DNA of 64,000 nt from positions 186,001-250,000 of the IMG/VR virus record IMGVR_UViG_3300043399_000272; one strand, 5' to 3'. Position 1 is the stretch's first letter, and every line of letters starts with the position of its first letter. Below the pieces are notes generated by a model. That model worked only from the letters and a program-made list of their open reading frames with translations, searched no databases and was not told the origin of the DNA. The position numbers and the translations under genes are program-made. Below, piece after piece: positions 28,262 through 38,265 of the stretch.

Positions 28262-30166
28262 TTAATCTGGAACTATACTGAATAATGTACTTAGTGGTTG
28301 CTGTGACGGAACTACAGTACCGTCAGTTAGCACTAGTGTCTGTTCATTATTAATGAACGAAGACAATTGATTTTGTTCGCTAGGTATCGTAGAGTCAAAC
28401 GCAACACCTGCTCTATTGCTAATACCAATTCTTACCCATAGTGTGCCATCCCAACGATATAGTAAGTTAGGTAGATAGTCAACTCGTAAGAAATAATCAC
28501 CTACGTTAGGATTTACTGGGAATGTAATACCTGATCCAACCGGTAATCCGTTAGGAGCAGTACCGTCACCTATTAGATACCCATCTGTGTATCCAAAATC
28601 TCTAGGACTTACCCTCGCAATAAACACAAATCTAGGATCACTATCCGCTCTAAAATCCATTTGTTGTGTAACAGTATATGTAAAGCTAGGTGCAATTTGA
28701 ATAGCAGTTCCTGCAGGCATGAGCTGAAGTGTAGGATTGTTAACTGTAATAACGCTGTTTACAAAATCTACACTCACTACTCTAGTATCTGGTGGGAATA
28801 CAGATAATACTGTACCGTTGGAAGTCGTTAACGTTGCAGCAACATCTACTTCTGGCCAAGGATCTTGCTGAGGTGTAAATGCTTGGCAAGGTATTACTGT
28901 ACTTCCTATAGGGACTTCTAATGAAGTTAATTCAAATGATGGGAAATTATCAGCAGTCGAGTAGGTATTATCAGCAGTGCCGTAAGGTCCTGTAATATCA
29001 CCCATTGATTTTGCTGTTAATACTAGTGTTCCATCAACTTGACCTGAACCAGTCTCCGTCCTTTCAGGAGCTAATTTCCCCGTGCTTAATGACAAGTTAA
29101 GAAACTTTCTTAGAGCATCACTTTCATTAGATGTTAATTTTTCTAATTTTTTTCTTGCTTCTGCACCAATACGCAACACTGGACTAGGGACTCTATATAA
29201 AGGACTAGTGACCATGAAAACTTCAGCCCTAATTGGTTCTGGGTTTCCGGGTGTTATTACTACGTTTACTGGTGGTGCTGGTTGATTATTTTCATATGTA
29301 GGTACTAGGTATAACTGACTTCTATCATATCCTGCTTGAGGTAGAATACGTCTAGCTTCTTCTATTACTGCGTTATTGATTTCAATGTTTTTGTTATAAC
29401 GACCTAAGATATCACGTAGATTGTCCGCAGGATCTAGTTCCCAATAATTAGGATCAGTTGGTGCGATTCCTGCTGGTACAGGACCTTTTGGTCTATATGT
29501 TTTGTCCCCGTATGTTACAGTATATCCAGGTACATATGTTTTAGTAGGATCCCAGTCACCTAGATAATTGTCTTGGTCTATTGGTTGACTTAGAATGTTA
29601 CTAAATTCTTGACTGTCAACCAATGGTTCGCACTTGATTCTCCAAAGATGTGGGTACCAAGTTTGACTGAAACCCTCACTTGCATAATTTGCATCAGTAA
29701 TTTGATAATATCTACGTAAACCTACAGGGATAGATTCATTTAATGGATGATAATCAGTTAAATGTGGTAATTCAAGTACATCACCTACCATTAACTTGCG
29801 CCCAATTAAATCTATCATTTCGTTATAATGTACAGTAATGAAAATAATATCGTTATTTAAAAATAATCCAAATTGACTTAAATCAAAATCTAAATTTTGT
29901 ACATTATAATGACCGCGAATTCTGTAAATACTAGTTTCATATTTTCTGTCACGGTTTTCCAGGAATAATAAATCTTGAATATTAGTGGGGTCTAATTGGT
30001 CATATTGTGGTAATGTAGCATCTTGACTGGGTCCAGTATTAGGTACACCTAAATATTTGTGAATATATAAATCCGTGCCTCCCACGACTAATTGTTCTTT
30101 GACTATTCTATCTAAGAACTTATAATCCTTAGTTTTTTCGGGACGATATAATGATATTCTAGGCAT
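28262..30166 (-). CDS. neck protein (gp14-like) with large insertions
   Basis: LLFLENRDRKY, DLSQFGLF, GDVLELPH; adjacent to gp15-like; late promoter CATAAATA at 30187-30194 (-). Confidence 0.6.
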   Translation of the reverse strand: MPRISLYRPEKTKDYKFLDRIVKEQLVVGGTDLYIHKYLGVPNTGPSQDATLPQYDQLDPTNIQDLLFLENRDRKYETSIYRIRGHYNVQNLDFDLSQFGLFLNNDIIFITVHYNEMIDLIGRKLMVGDVLELPHLTDYHPLNESIPVGLRRYYQITDANYASEGFSQTWYPHLWRIKCEPLVDSQEFSNILSQPIDQDNYLGDWDPTKTYVPGYTVTYGDKTYRPKGPVPAGIAPTDPNYWELDPADNLRDILGRYNKNIEINNAVIEEARRILPQAGYDRSQLYLVPTYENNQPAPPVNVVITPGNPEPIRAEVFMVTSPLYRVPSPVLRIGAEARKKLEKLTSNESDALRKFLNLSLSTGKLAPERTETGSGQVDGTLVLTAKSMGDITGPYGTADNTYSTADNFPSFELTSLEVPIGSTVIPCQAFTPQQDPWPEVDVAATLTTSNGTVLSVFPPDTRVVSVDFVNSVITVNNPTLQLMPAGTAIQIAPSFTYTVTQQMDFRADSDPRFVFIARVSPRDFGYTDGYLIGDGTAPNGLPVGSGITFPVNPNVGDYFLRVDYLPNLLYRWDGTLWVRIGISNRAGVAFDSTIPSEQNQLSSFINNEQTLVLTDGTVVPSQQPLSTLFSIVPD

Positions 30167-30217
30167 GATTAAATCCGTTTACTTACTATTTATGACAAAA
30201 GTATTACCGTAATTCTA

Positions 30218-30246
30218 TTGACAATAATTGGACATGGCTATACAAT
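30218..30246 (+). promoter_or_regulatory. sigma70 early promoter
   Basis: TTGACA-17-TACAAT. Confidence 0.8.
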
Positions 30247-30270
30247 ACATACATTGTTTAAGGAGAAGTT

Positions 30271-31434
30271 ATGGCAACCCGCAAGCCTAAAAAGACAGCC
30301 GATCATTTTATCAAAGCACTAAATCCCCGAGACCCTGATACAAAGTATATGGGGGACGAGCCGTTCTTTGCCCTCCAGCCTGATTCAGGTTATCGTGGGG
30401 TAGCACTTGCACGTAGCTTCAATTGGTATAACCGTTTTTATAGCAAAAAAGATGCTAAAGAATTGATTTCTCAATATCTGGAACATCACGACCGGCATGA
30501 TGACGCTAAAAAAATGCGTAAGGTCGATGACAAAGAATTCCTAATGACACTGTGTTGGCTTGCAAGAATGACTTTGCGCGGCCTTGAACTTACCGAACAT
30601 GAAGAAGCCACATTGGAAAATGAAATTAGTCGATTGCTGAAATTGGTTGCCAAACCAGTTGTAGTTGAAAAAGTAGAAGACAAGCCTGTGATTTCTCGCC
30701 CCAACATTCAGGATATTATGCGAGACAAAGCACGTGAGGCTGCAGGCGAACTTGAAGGTATGTTTGATGAATTTGTTGCTACTGGAAAGGTATCTGACAA
30801 GACAGTTGATGTGGTTGCAAGATTCAATGTGATGCCTCAACACATTCCACTGATTGTTGAATTCTGGAAGCGTAAGCAGGAAGAATTTGAAGTCCTGCAA
30901 GAAGGTAATGATAAAGATATCAAAGAAGCATACAGTTTTCTGGGCAAAATTCAAGTACGAAACATTCTGAAATTTATTGATCAGGTACTGGGTGATTTGA
31001 ATAGTTACATTTCTATTAAGAAAGCAAGCAAAGCTCCTCGTAAGAAGAAGGCTGTACCGATCGAAAAGGTTGTAGCTAAACTTAAGTATCTCAAAGAATT
31101 TAAAGACCCTGCAAACAAACTGGATCTCGTCAGTGTACATCCTACTAAATTGCATGGTGCAAGTGAGGCGTGGGTTTATGACACTGCGAAACGTAAACTC
31201 CACCACTACATTGCGGATGAGTACAGCAAAACCTTCACTGTCAAAGGTAATACTATTCTCGGCTTTGATACAAACAAATCTGAGATTAAAACACTGCGTA
31301 AGCCCGGTGAACAAATCAAAGAAGTAATGGGTTCAAAACCCGCGGCTCGCAAATTCTTTGCAGATATTAAAGCGGTTGCTACTACACCCAATGGTCGCTT
31401 TAATGAGAACATGCTGATTTTGAAGGCGTTTTAA
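30271..31434 (+). CDS. early hypothetical protein (basic)
   Basis: 387 aa; SD aaggag; own sigma70 promoter. Confidence 0.75.
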   Translation: MATRKPKKTADHFIKALNPRDPDTKYMGDEPFFALQPDSGYRGVALARSFNWYNRFYSKKDAKELISQYLEHHDRHDDAKKMRKVDDKEFLMTLCWLARMTLRGLELTEHEEATLENEISRLLKLVAKPVVVEKVEDKPVISRPNIQDIMRDKAREAAGELEGMFDEFVATGKVSDKTVDVVARFNVMPQHIPLIVEFWKRKQEEFEVLQEGNDKDIKEAYSFLGKIQVRNILKFIDQVLGDLNSYISIKKASKAPRKKKAVPIEKVVAKLKYLKEFKDPANKLDLVSVHPTKLHGASEAWVYDTAKRKLHHYIADEYSKTFTVKGNTILGFDTNKSEIKTLRKPGEQIKEVMGSKPAARKFFADIKAVATTPNGRFNENMLILKAF

Positions 31435-31435
31435 T

Positions 31436-31660
31436 ATGATTACAGGAGCCCTTTGGTATACAGGTAGCCACTGCATTGGTATTGTTCAAGTCGTTCAAGG
31501 CCACCAAGTAGAAGAATATCGACAAACCGGCGAAGCAGAATTTAAGTACTACATTGGTGTAGGTTTGGGTCAGGAAGAAAAATCTGATGCCCAGTATATT
31601 GCAGATTACGGCATGCCTTTTGACAAGGTCGCAGGTGATTCGTTATTCAGAGTAAATTAA
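31436..31660 (+). CDS. hypothetical protein
   Basis: 74 aa ORF in operon. Confidence 0.6.
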   Translation: MITGALWYTGSHCIGIVQVVQGHQVEEYRQTGEAEFKYYIGVGLGQEEKSDAQYIADYGMPFDKVAGDSLFRVN

Positions 31661-31670
31661 GGAGATAAAA

Positions 31671-31901
31671 ATGAAAGTTAGTAAAACAGATATGATTGTA
31701 AAAGATGAAAAAGCATTTAGGTTGCGTGTACGTCACTGGAAGGCAGATAACCCATCTGATCTAAATGCTATTGAATTTGTTCAGGAATGCATCGGTAAAG
31801 ACGGCGAAGTTGACTTCACTTCAACTTACCAGTACAATCTAACCAATGATGATTTAAAACAATTGGCCATCACAATGTCCAGACTAGCAGAAAGCGCATA
31901 A
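31671..31901 (+). CDS. hypothetical protein
   Basis: SD taaggag. Confidence 0.65.
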   Translation: MKVSKTDMIVKDEKAFRLRVRHWKADNPSDLNAIEFVQECIGKDGEVDFTSTYQYNLTNDDLKQLAITMSRLAESA

Positions 31902-32315
31902 ATGACACAACAAATTGATTTAAACAAATATCAGGACTTTGTCCAAGCAGTTACCAGTGACGCAAGCAACGACTTTGCGGCTATGGTTAAACGACTACAA
32001 GAACTTGATGACCAACCCAACCTGAACATCAGTCTACTGATGACTGCTGGTATTGGTCTAGCAAGTGAAGGCGGCGAGTTTAACGAAATCATTAAAAAGA
32101 TGGTCTTCCAAGGTAAGCCATTCAATGAAGAAAATCGCTTTCACATGAAGCGTGAACTAGGTGATATCTTTTGGTATTGGACTAATGCATGTAGGGCACT
32201 TGGATATGACCCTAACGAGGTGATTGCTGAGAATGTAGGCAAACTTGAAGCACGATATCCAGGAGGCTCATTCGATGCGTTCTATTCAGAAAATCGCAAG
32301 GCCGGGGACCTCTAA
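31902..32315 (+). CDS. mazG: MazG-like NTP pyrophosphohydrolase
   Basis: GLASEGGEF.EIIKK...ELGDIFWY...N..KL..RYP. Confidence 0.85.
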   Translation: MTQQIDLNKYQDFVQAVTSDASNDFAAMVKRLQELDDQPNLNISLLMTAGIGLASEGGEFNEIIKKMVFQGKPFNEENRFHMKRELGDIFWYWTNACRALGYDPNEVIAENVGKLEARYPGGSFDAFYSENRKAGDL

Positions 32316-32541
32316 AGTGCATCCTTGGGACGAAAACCTGACGTTGTTCACCCCCGAAGAATTTGACCAATTGCCTGATGGGACTGAATTATATTCAATC
32401 ATGCAGGGTGATAAACCTGTAATCAAAGGTAAAGATGACATTGACATGGATACACGATTCGGGCACATTGCTTATGGAGTTAATGATCCATGGAATCATC
32501 CCTTGAAGGACTTGTTCTTGATGTTCAAACTCAAGCAATGA
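32245..32541 (+). CDS. hypothetical protein (start uncertain)
   Basis: ORF filling the operon gap. Confidence 0.5.
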   Translation: MKHDIQEAHSMRSIQKIARPGTSKVHPWDENLTLFTPEEFDQLPDGTELYSIMQGDKPVIKGKDDIDMDTRFGHIAYGVNDPWNHPLKDLFLMFKLKQ

Positions 32542-32762
32542 ACTTCAGCCCAGCTCCCAAGTATCATACTTGGAACGATTATGTTGCGAGAAAGATTGTG
32601 AAATCTCCCTGGGAGCAGTGGTTTGCGTGGTATCCTGTCAAAGTTAATGGAAATCGAATCTGGTTAAAGACAGTATACCGCCGATGCATCAACACATATG
32701 TTGACATGGATAATTGGAAAAGATACGAATACGGTAATGTATTTGATATACTGAAAGACTAA
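32538..32762 (+). CDS. small protein, paralog of 12992-13333
   Basis: WFAWYPVKVNGNRIWLKTVYRR...YGNVFDIL. Confidence 0.65.
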   Translation: MNFSPAPKYHTWNDYVARKIVKSPWEQWFAWYPVKVNGNRIWLKTVYRRCINTYVDMDNWKRYEYGNVFDILKD

Positions 32763-32793
32763 CTCCTGATAAATACACTATCAGGAGTTTTCC

Positions 32794-33555
32794 ATGGCTA
32801 ATCAGCGACTACAAGATTTAAAAGATGAATTGTTCAAAAATTTAAGATTTCGTCTAGGTGATGGTATGGTTGATGTTGAACTTGACCCAGAGCATTACGA
32901 AGCTGCATACAATTACACCATTAAACTATATAGACAACGAGCACAAAACGCAACGCAAGAATCATATACTTTGATGGAAATTCATAAAAATAAAGATGTG
33001 TATGTCCTGCCTTCAGAATTTATCAACGTAAGACAAGTATTTAGAAGAACAGTGGGTTTAGAAACAGGTCCTGCGGCAAGTTCTTTTGACCCATTTTCTA
33101 GTGCGATTCTTAACACGTATTTGTTAAACTATAACTACGCAGGTGGTCTAGCAACATATGATTTTTATGCCCAGTACATCGAATTAGCTGCTAGAATGTT
33201 CGGTGGATACGTAATTTACACGTTTAACCCTGTAACCAAAGAAATTAGAATTGTAAGAGACCCTAAAGGATCAGGCGAAAAGATTCTAATTTGGGCTGAT
33301 ATTATTCGTCCAGAAGAACAATTATTACAAGATCCAGGGGCAGGGGTTTGGATTGGTGACTATACACTTGCGGTGCTTAAAGGCATATTAGGCGAAGCCC
33401 GTGAAAAATTCGCTAGTATAGCTGGTCCAAGTGGCGGAACTTCTTTAAATGGTGCTTCGCTCAAAGCAGAATCAAAAGCAGAACAAGAAAGATTAATTGA
33501 GGATCTAAAACGCTTTGTAGATTATAGTCAACCATATTCATTCGTTATTGGTTAA
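32794..33555 (+). CDS. neck protein (gp13-like)
   Basis: RLG...VDVELD, KGILG..R.KF....GP.GG.SLNG; late promoter at 32768. Confidence 0.8.
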   Translation: MANQRLQDLKDELFKNLRFRLGDGMVDVELDPEHYEAAYNYTIKLYRQRAQNATQESYTLMEIHKNKDVYVLPSEFINVRQVFRRTVGLETGPAASSFDPFSSAILNTYLLNYNYAGGLATYDFYAQYIELAARMFGGYVIYTFNPVTKEIRIVRDPKGSGEKILIWADIIRPEEQLLQDPGAGVWIGDYTLAVLKGILGEAREKFASIAGPSGGTSLNGASLKAESKAEQERLIEDLKRFVDYSQPYSFVIG

Positions 33556-33615
33556 ACTGCTCTTTATTTTAAGACACTCCTGTAATACAATAAGTACTGC
33601 AGGAGTTTTCTTTTT

Positions 33616-34248
33616 ATGATTATAGGTGTTACCGGATTGATCGGCAGCGGCAAAGATACTATCGCCGATTATTTAGTTACCCATCATGGGTTTAAGCGTA
33701 TAAGTTTTGCAGCTAGTCTCAAAGATGCAGTATCGTCAGTATTTGGTTGGGACCGAGAATTACTAGAAGGAACGACTAAATCAAGTCGTGAATGGCGAGA
33801 ACAAAAAGATGAATGGTGGAGCAACCGTCTAGGTAGAGAAATTACACCACGCTGGGTACTGCAATTTTGGGGCACAGAAGTTTTACGTAATCATTTTCAT
33901 AATGATATATGGGTTGCGAGTGTAGAAAACAAATTGCGCCAAGCAAAGGATGATATTGTAATCACAGATTGCAGATTTGCTAATGAGGTCAATGCTATAA
34001 AAGATGCAGGCGGTCTAACGATGCGTGTTTCACGCGGGCCCGATCCAGAATGGTATCAATATGCAACTGATTATAACAAAGGACCTGATGGAAATTCCAT
34101 GTGGTCTATTAGTAAAACTAAATTAGATAAATTTGGTATACATGCCAGCGAATATTCTAGCGTTGGCTTGATGTATGACTATTACGTTGATAATAACGGC
34201 TCAATTGATGATTTGCATAATAAAGTGAAATCAATAGTCAACCTCTAA
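33616..34248 (+). CDS. deoxynucleoside monophosphate kinase (gp1-like)
   Basis: GLIGSGKDT, FAASLK, TPRWVLQFWGTE, DCRF.NE, H.SE. Confidence 0.9.
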   Translation: MIIGVTGLIGSGKDTIADYLVTHHGFKRISFAASLKDAVSSVFGWDRELLEGTTKSSREWREQKDEWWSNRLGREITPRWVLQFWGTEVLRNHFHNDIWVASVENKLRQAKDDIVITDCRFANEVNAIKDAGGLTMRVSRGPDPEWYQYATDYNKGPDGNSMWSISKTKLDKFGIHASEYSSVGLMYDYYVDNNGSIDDLHNKVKSIVNL

Positions 34249-34578
34249 ATCACCCCTGCGCCAAGTTACTTCCTTTCGTTTTACTACTTCTACGCAATTA
34301 AGACACACCGTTCTTAAGTTGACGTAGTTATTATTTTCTAGATTACCATCTATGTGGTATACAGTCATCTGAGAAGAAAATAGACTCTTAAACCCGCATA
34401 CGTCACATGTGGGTTTTTTCTTGTATCCTGCCCTTTGCCAAGTAGGAACGCTGGGTTTCTTCTTAGCTTTCTTGCGCCCGCACTCATCACATATGCTGCG
34501 ATAGTATGTTTTTCCTTTGCGGATGTAATTAACTGCACAAAGATTCTTGTTACAAGTCTTACATATTGGTCTTTTCAT
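34231..34578 (-). CDS. Zn-ribbon/HNH-like protein (degenerate catalytic residues)
   Basis: Several CxxC; VYHIDGNLENN..NLRTVCLNC. Confidence 0.65.
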   Translation of the reverse strand: MKRPICKTCNKNLCAVNYIRKGKTYYRSICDECGRKKAKKKPSVPTWQRAGYKKKPTCDVCGFKSLFSSQMTVYHIDGNLENNNYVNLRTVCLNCVEVVKRKEVTWRRGDLEVDY

Positions 34579-34696
34579 ACAGTATTTAACAAAACACCTT
34601 TAAAGGTATGGTTATTGGCTGTTTTTATAAATTTTCGCTAAATATTATTACGTATAGGGCGTTAACCCTCAAAATCATAACATAAAGGAAAACAAC

Positions 34697-37600
34697 ATGG
34701 CACTAGTATCACCAGGCGTAGAAGTTACAATTATTGATGAAAGTCAATATTTACCTCCTGCCTCATCATCTGTCCCCTTCGTTCTATTAGCAACTGCACA
34801 AAATAAAGCGAACGCTACCGGGACAGCAATTGCGCCAGCGACTACAGCCGCTAATGCAAACAAATTATACACAGTAACAAGTCAGCGTGACTTAGTAAAC
34901 TTATTCGGTAATCCGTTCTTTTACAAAACTTCGAATAATACCCCTATTCAGGGATATGAACTAAATGAATATGGTCTTTTGGCTGCATACTCATTGCTAG
35001 GTGCTACTAATCGTTGCTTTATCTTACGTGCTGACATTGACTTGGCTAGCTTAGTAGGTACATTATCTCGTCCAACAGGAGCTCCTGCTGACGGTACTTA
35101 TTGGTTAGATACAACAACTACTACCTGGGGTATCTATGAGTTTAATCAATCTACTGGTAAATTCACTAATAAACTACCACTAGTTATTACTGACGCTAAC
35201 CAAATGTCTGGCGGCGCGCCACTAACATCATTGGGTACGATCGGATCATACGCACAATATGCTGAATTGAATTCAGAAACTGGTGTTTATAGTAACCCTA
35301 CATTCTTCTATAAGAACATGAACAACTCATGGGTTGTCGTAGGTAGTCAAGACTGGAAAAATTCAATACCTACTGTAACTACTGTTGCTCCTACAGGTGC
35401 ATTACTTAGTGGAACAGAATACTCATTCACTATTACGTTTAATGGAACTACCGGCAATGCTCAAGTAATAACGTTTGACGGAGCTACTGGCATTTACGCT
35501 ATTCAGAATGCAATTCACAATGCAGGTGGATATTTAGATGCTCAAGTTGTAAACAACACACTTCAAATTTATTACTCTAATCCAGATCCTGATTCTTTCA
35601 TCAATATTACTGACGGAGCAAATACACCATTAGCTACATTATTTGGAGCAGCAGCACCAGTTAATCTCAACTATTTTAACCCATTGATGGTTACTAGTCC
35701 ATCATCTCAGATGCCTTTATGGACAGTTGGCCAATTAACTTCTAGACCTACTGGATCTGTTTGGGTTAAATCAAGTGTATCTGGTAATGGTTTGAATCCT
35801 GCTCTCAACGTTTATCGTAGTAGTTTAGCTAGTTGGGTAGGCGTAAATGTATCTTATTATGACTTATCTGGAAATGCAATCTTTGCGTTAGATTCAACTG
35901 GTGGCCAATCAATACCAGTAGGCACTGTTATCATGTCTGGTGCACCTGCAGGCTTATTAAGAAGAAAAGCTACAGGTAGCACAATTGTAACTGGCTCTAC
36001 TACTTCGCCAGAACCAACTGTAGGATCCGTATTGTATGCTACTGTATCAACTCCGGGTGTTCCTGCTGCATCGGTCCATCAAATTACTATGACCGGTTCA
36101 ACAGGATCTTCGTTTGTAGTTGATTGGCTTGCAGCCGATATCCCTAATACAGATGCATATTTGACTACTAATGGAGCAATTCAAATCGAACACACCGCCG
36201 GCGGCGACATCTATTTAACTGATGTTAATCCTACAACAGGTATTAGTTCGGGACTTCTTGCTGAAATAGGTTTTGACACAGTATCTAACCCAGATGTACT
36301 AGTTGGTTTTGCTCTAAGTAACTACAACACATTCCAGTACACTGACATTGGCGGCGCAGTATTCTCTGTAACTATTGAAAGAGATTACTATTCTGTTTCT
36401 GCTAACTTAGGATCCGGTAACTACTCTAGTTCTGGTACTACTCAGGTAGTAATACCAGGAACTGATTTAGGTGGTTCATCTCCTGCAAATGATATTACAA
36501 TTAACATTGAAGGTGGTTCATCTCCTACTTGGACATTCATGTCCGGCACACCTAACATTAAATATGTTTCAACTTTATCTAATTGGGAATGGTTGTCCTA
36601 CACACCAAATGAAGGTCCACTAGCAACAAACCCAGCAAACGGAACTAATTGGTACTACAGTACAATTTCTGAAGTTGACATTATGGTAAACCAAAATGGT
36701 GCTTGGAAAGGGTATCGTGAAGTATCTTACGATAGTAATGGTCACCCCCTACCAAGCGGTGTTAACACAACTGATCCTAACGGTCCGATTCTTGCAACCG
36801 ATGAGCCAACTACTCAGAGTGACGGTACTGCTCTAGTGTACGGTGATCTATGGATTGACACTAATGATTTAGAAAACTATCCAATGATTTATCGTTGGCA
36901 ATTGGTTGATGGTCAAGATCAATGGGTACAAATCGACAACACAGACCAAGTCAGTCAAAACGGTGTTCTATTTGCAGACGCACGTTGGGGCACTTCTGGT
37001 AGCGTAGATCCAGTAAATGATCCGATACCTGAAATCGTTGATTTGCTAGAAAGCAATTATCTAGATTTAGATGCACCTAATCCAGTTGCGTATCCACAAG
37101 GTATGTTGTTATGGAATACCCGTCGTTCTGGATATAACGTAAAGCAGTTTAGAACTAATTACTTTACAAGTGCTAACTATCCAGGTGAATCATTACCTAC
37201 ATTCTCATACACATGGGTAAGTGTAAGTGGATTGAATACTAATGGATCAGCTTACATGGGCCGCAAAGCTCAGCGTAATATGGTTGTACAAGCCATGAAA
37301 GCTGCAATTGGTACTAACCAGACAATTCGTGAAGAAGATACATTCTTCAACTTAATGGCTACACCAAACTATCCTGAGTTGCAACCTGATATGGTCGTTC
37401 TAAACAATGACCGTAACAACACTGCTTACATCATTGGTGATACACCATTGCGCTTACCAGATCAAGCTACTGCATTGACTAACTGGGCTACAAACGCTGC
37501 AGGAGCATCAAGCACAGGTGAAGATGGATTAGTTACACGTAACGAATATATGGGTCTATTCTATCCAAGCGGTATCACTGTAAACCCAACAGATGGTTCT

Positions 37601-38206
37601 GCAGTGGTGGTACCTGCTTCACATATGATGCTTCGTACATTCTTACGCAATGATACTATTGCTTATCCTTGGTTAGCACCAGCTGGTACTCGTAGAGGTA
37701 ATATCGACAATGCAACAAACATTGGTTATTTAGACGCAACTACTGGCGAGTTTGTAGCTATCAAGAATCGTTTAGGAATTCGTGACGTATTGTACACAAA
37801 CCAGATCAACCCACTAGCATTCTTCACAGGTGTTGGCTTGTTGAACTATGGTAATAAGAACAGCAAGGATACACAGTCTGCACTAGATCGTATCAACGTA
37901 GCTCGTTTAGTTTGCTATGTACGTGAAAGACTGCAAGTTCTTGCTCGTCCGTTCGTATTCGAACCTAACGATTCTGTAACACGTAATCAAATTGCAGGTG
38001 TGGTACAGTCATTGTTTATAGATTTAGTCGCTAAACGTGGCCTATATGACTACCTAGTTGTATGTGATGAATCTAACAATACTCCTGCACGTATCGACAG
38101 AAATGAATTGTGGATCGATGTTGCGATTGAGCCAGTGAAAGCTGCTGAATTCATCTACATCCCAGTTCGTGTCCTTAACACAGGGGAAATTCAAGGAGCC
38201 CAATAA
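34697..38206 (+). CDS. tail sheath protein (gp18-like), large
   Basis: MALVSPGVEVTIIDES; PWLAPAG..RG; RINVARL; FEPND; C-terminal P.KAAEFIYI. Confidence 0.93.
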   Translation: MALVSPGVEVTIIDESQYLPPASSSVPFVLLATAQNKANATGTAIAPATTAANANKLYTVTSQRDLVNLFGNPFFYKTSNNTPIQGYELNEYGLLAAYSLLGATNRCFILRADIDLASLVGTLSRPTGAPADGTYWLDTTTTTWGIYEFNQSTGKFTNKLPLVITDANQMSGGAPLTSLGTIGSYAQYAELNSETGVYSNPTFFYKNMNNSWVVVGSQDWKNSIPTVTTVAPTGALLSGTEYSFTITFNGTTGNAQVITFDGATGIYAIQNAIHNAGGYLDAQVVNNTLQIYYSNPDPDSFINITDGANTPLATLFGAAAPVNLNYFNPLMVTSPSSQMPLWTVGQLTSRPTGSVWVKSSVSGNGLNPALNVYRSSLASWVGVNVSYYDLSGNAIFALDSTGGQSIPVGTVIMSGAPAGLLRRKATGSTIVTGSTTSPEPTVGSVLYATVSTPGVPAASVHQITMTGSTGSSFVVDWLAADIPNTDAYLTTNGAIQIEHTAGGDIYLTDVNPTTGISSGLLAEIGFDTVSNPDVLVGFALSNYNTFQYTDIGGAVFSVTIERDYYSVSANLGSGNYSSSGTTQVVIPGTDLGGSSPANDITINIEGGSSPTWTFMSGTPNIKYVSTLSNWEWLSYTPNEGPLATNPANGTNWYYSTISEVDIMVNQNGAWKGYREVSYDSNGHPLPSGVNTTDPNGPILATDEPTTQSDGTALVYGDLWIDTNDLENYPMIYRWQLVDGQDQWVQIDNTDQVSQNGVLFADARWGTSGSVDPVNDPIPEIVDLLESNYLDLDAPNPVAYPQGMLLWNTRRSGYNVKQFRTNYFTSANYPGESLPTFSYTWVSVSGLNTNGSAYMGRKAQRNMVVQAMKAAIGTNQTIREEDTFFNLMATPNYPELQPDMVVLNNDRNNTAYIIGDTPLRLPDQATALTNWATNAAGASSTGEDGLVTRNEYMGLFYPSGITVNPTDGSAVVVPASHMMLRTFLRNDTIAYPWLAPAGTRRGNIDNATNIGYLDATTGEFVAIKNRLGIRDVLYTNQINPLAFFTGVGLLNYGNKNSKDTQSALDRINVARLVCYVRERLQVLARPFVFEPNDSVTRNQIAGVVQSLFIDLVAKRGLYDYLVVCDESNNTPARIDRNELWIDVAIEPVKAAEFIYIPVRVLNTGEIQGAQ

Positions 38207-38231
38207 ATGAAGCCCGAAAGGGCTTCATTTT
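38205..38231 (+). terminator. terminator hairpin with GAAA loop
   Basis: aaatgaagccc-gaaa-gggcttcatttt. Confidence 0.8.
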
Positions 38232-38265
38232 ATAAAAGATAAATATATATAACAGGAGAAATAAT

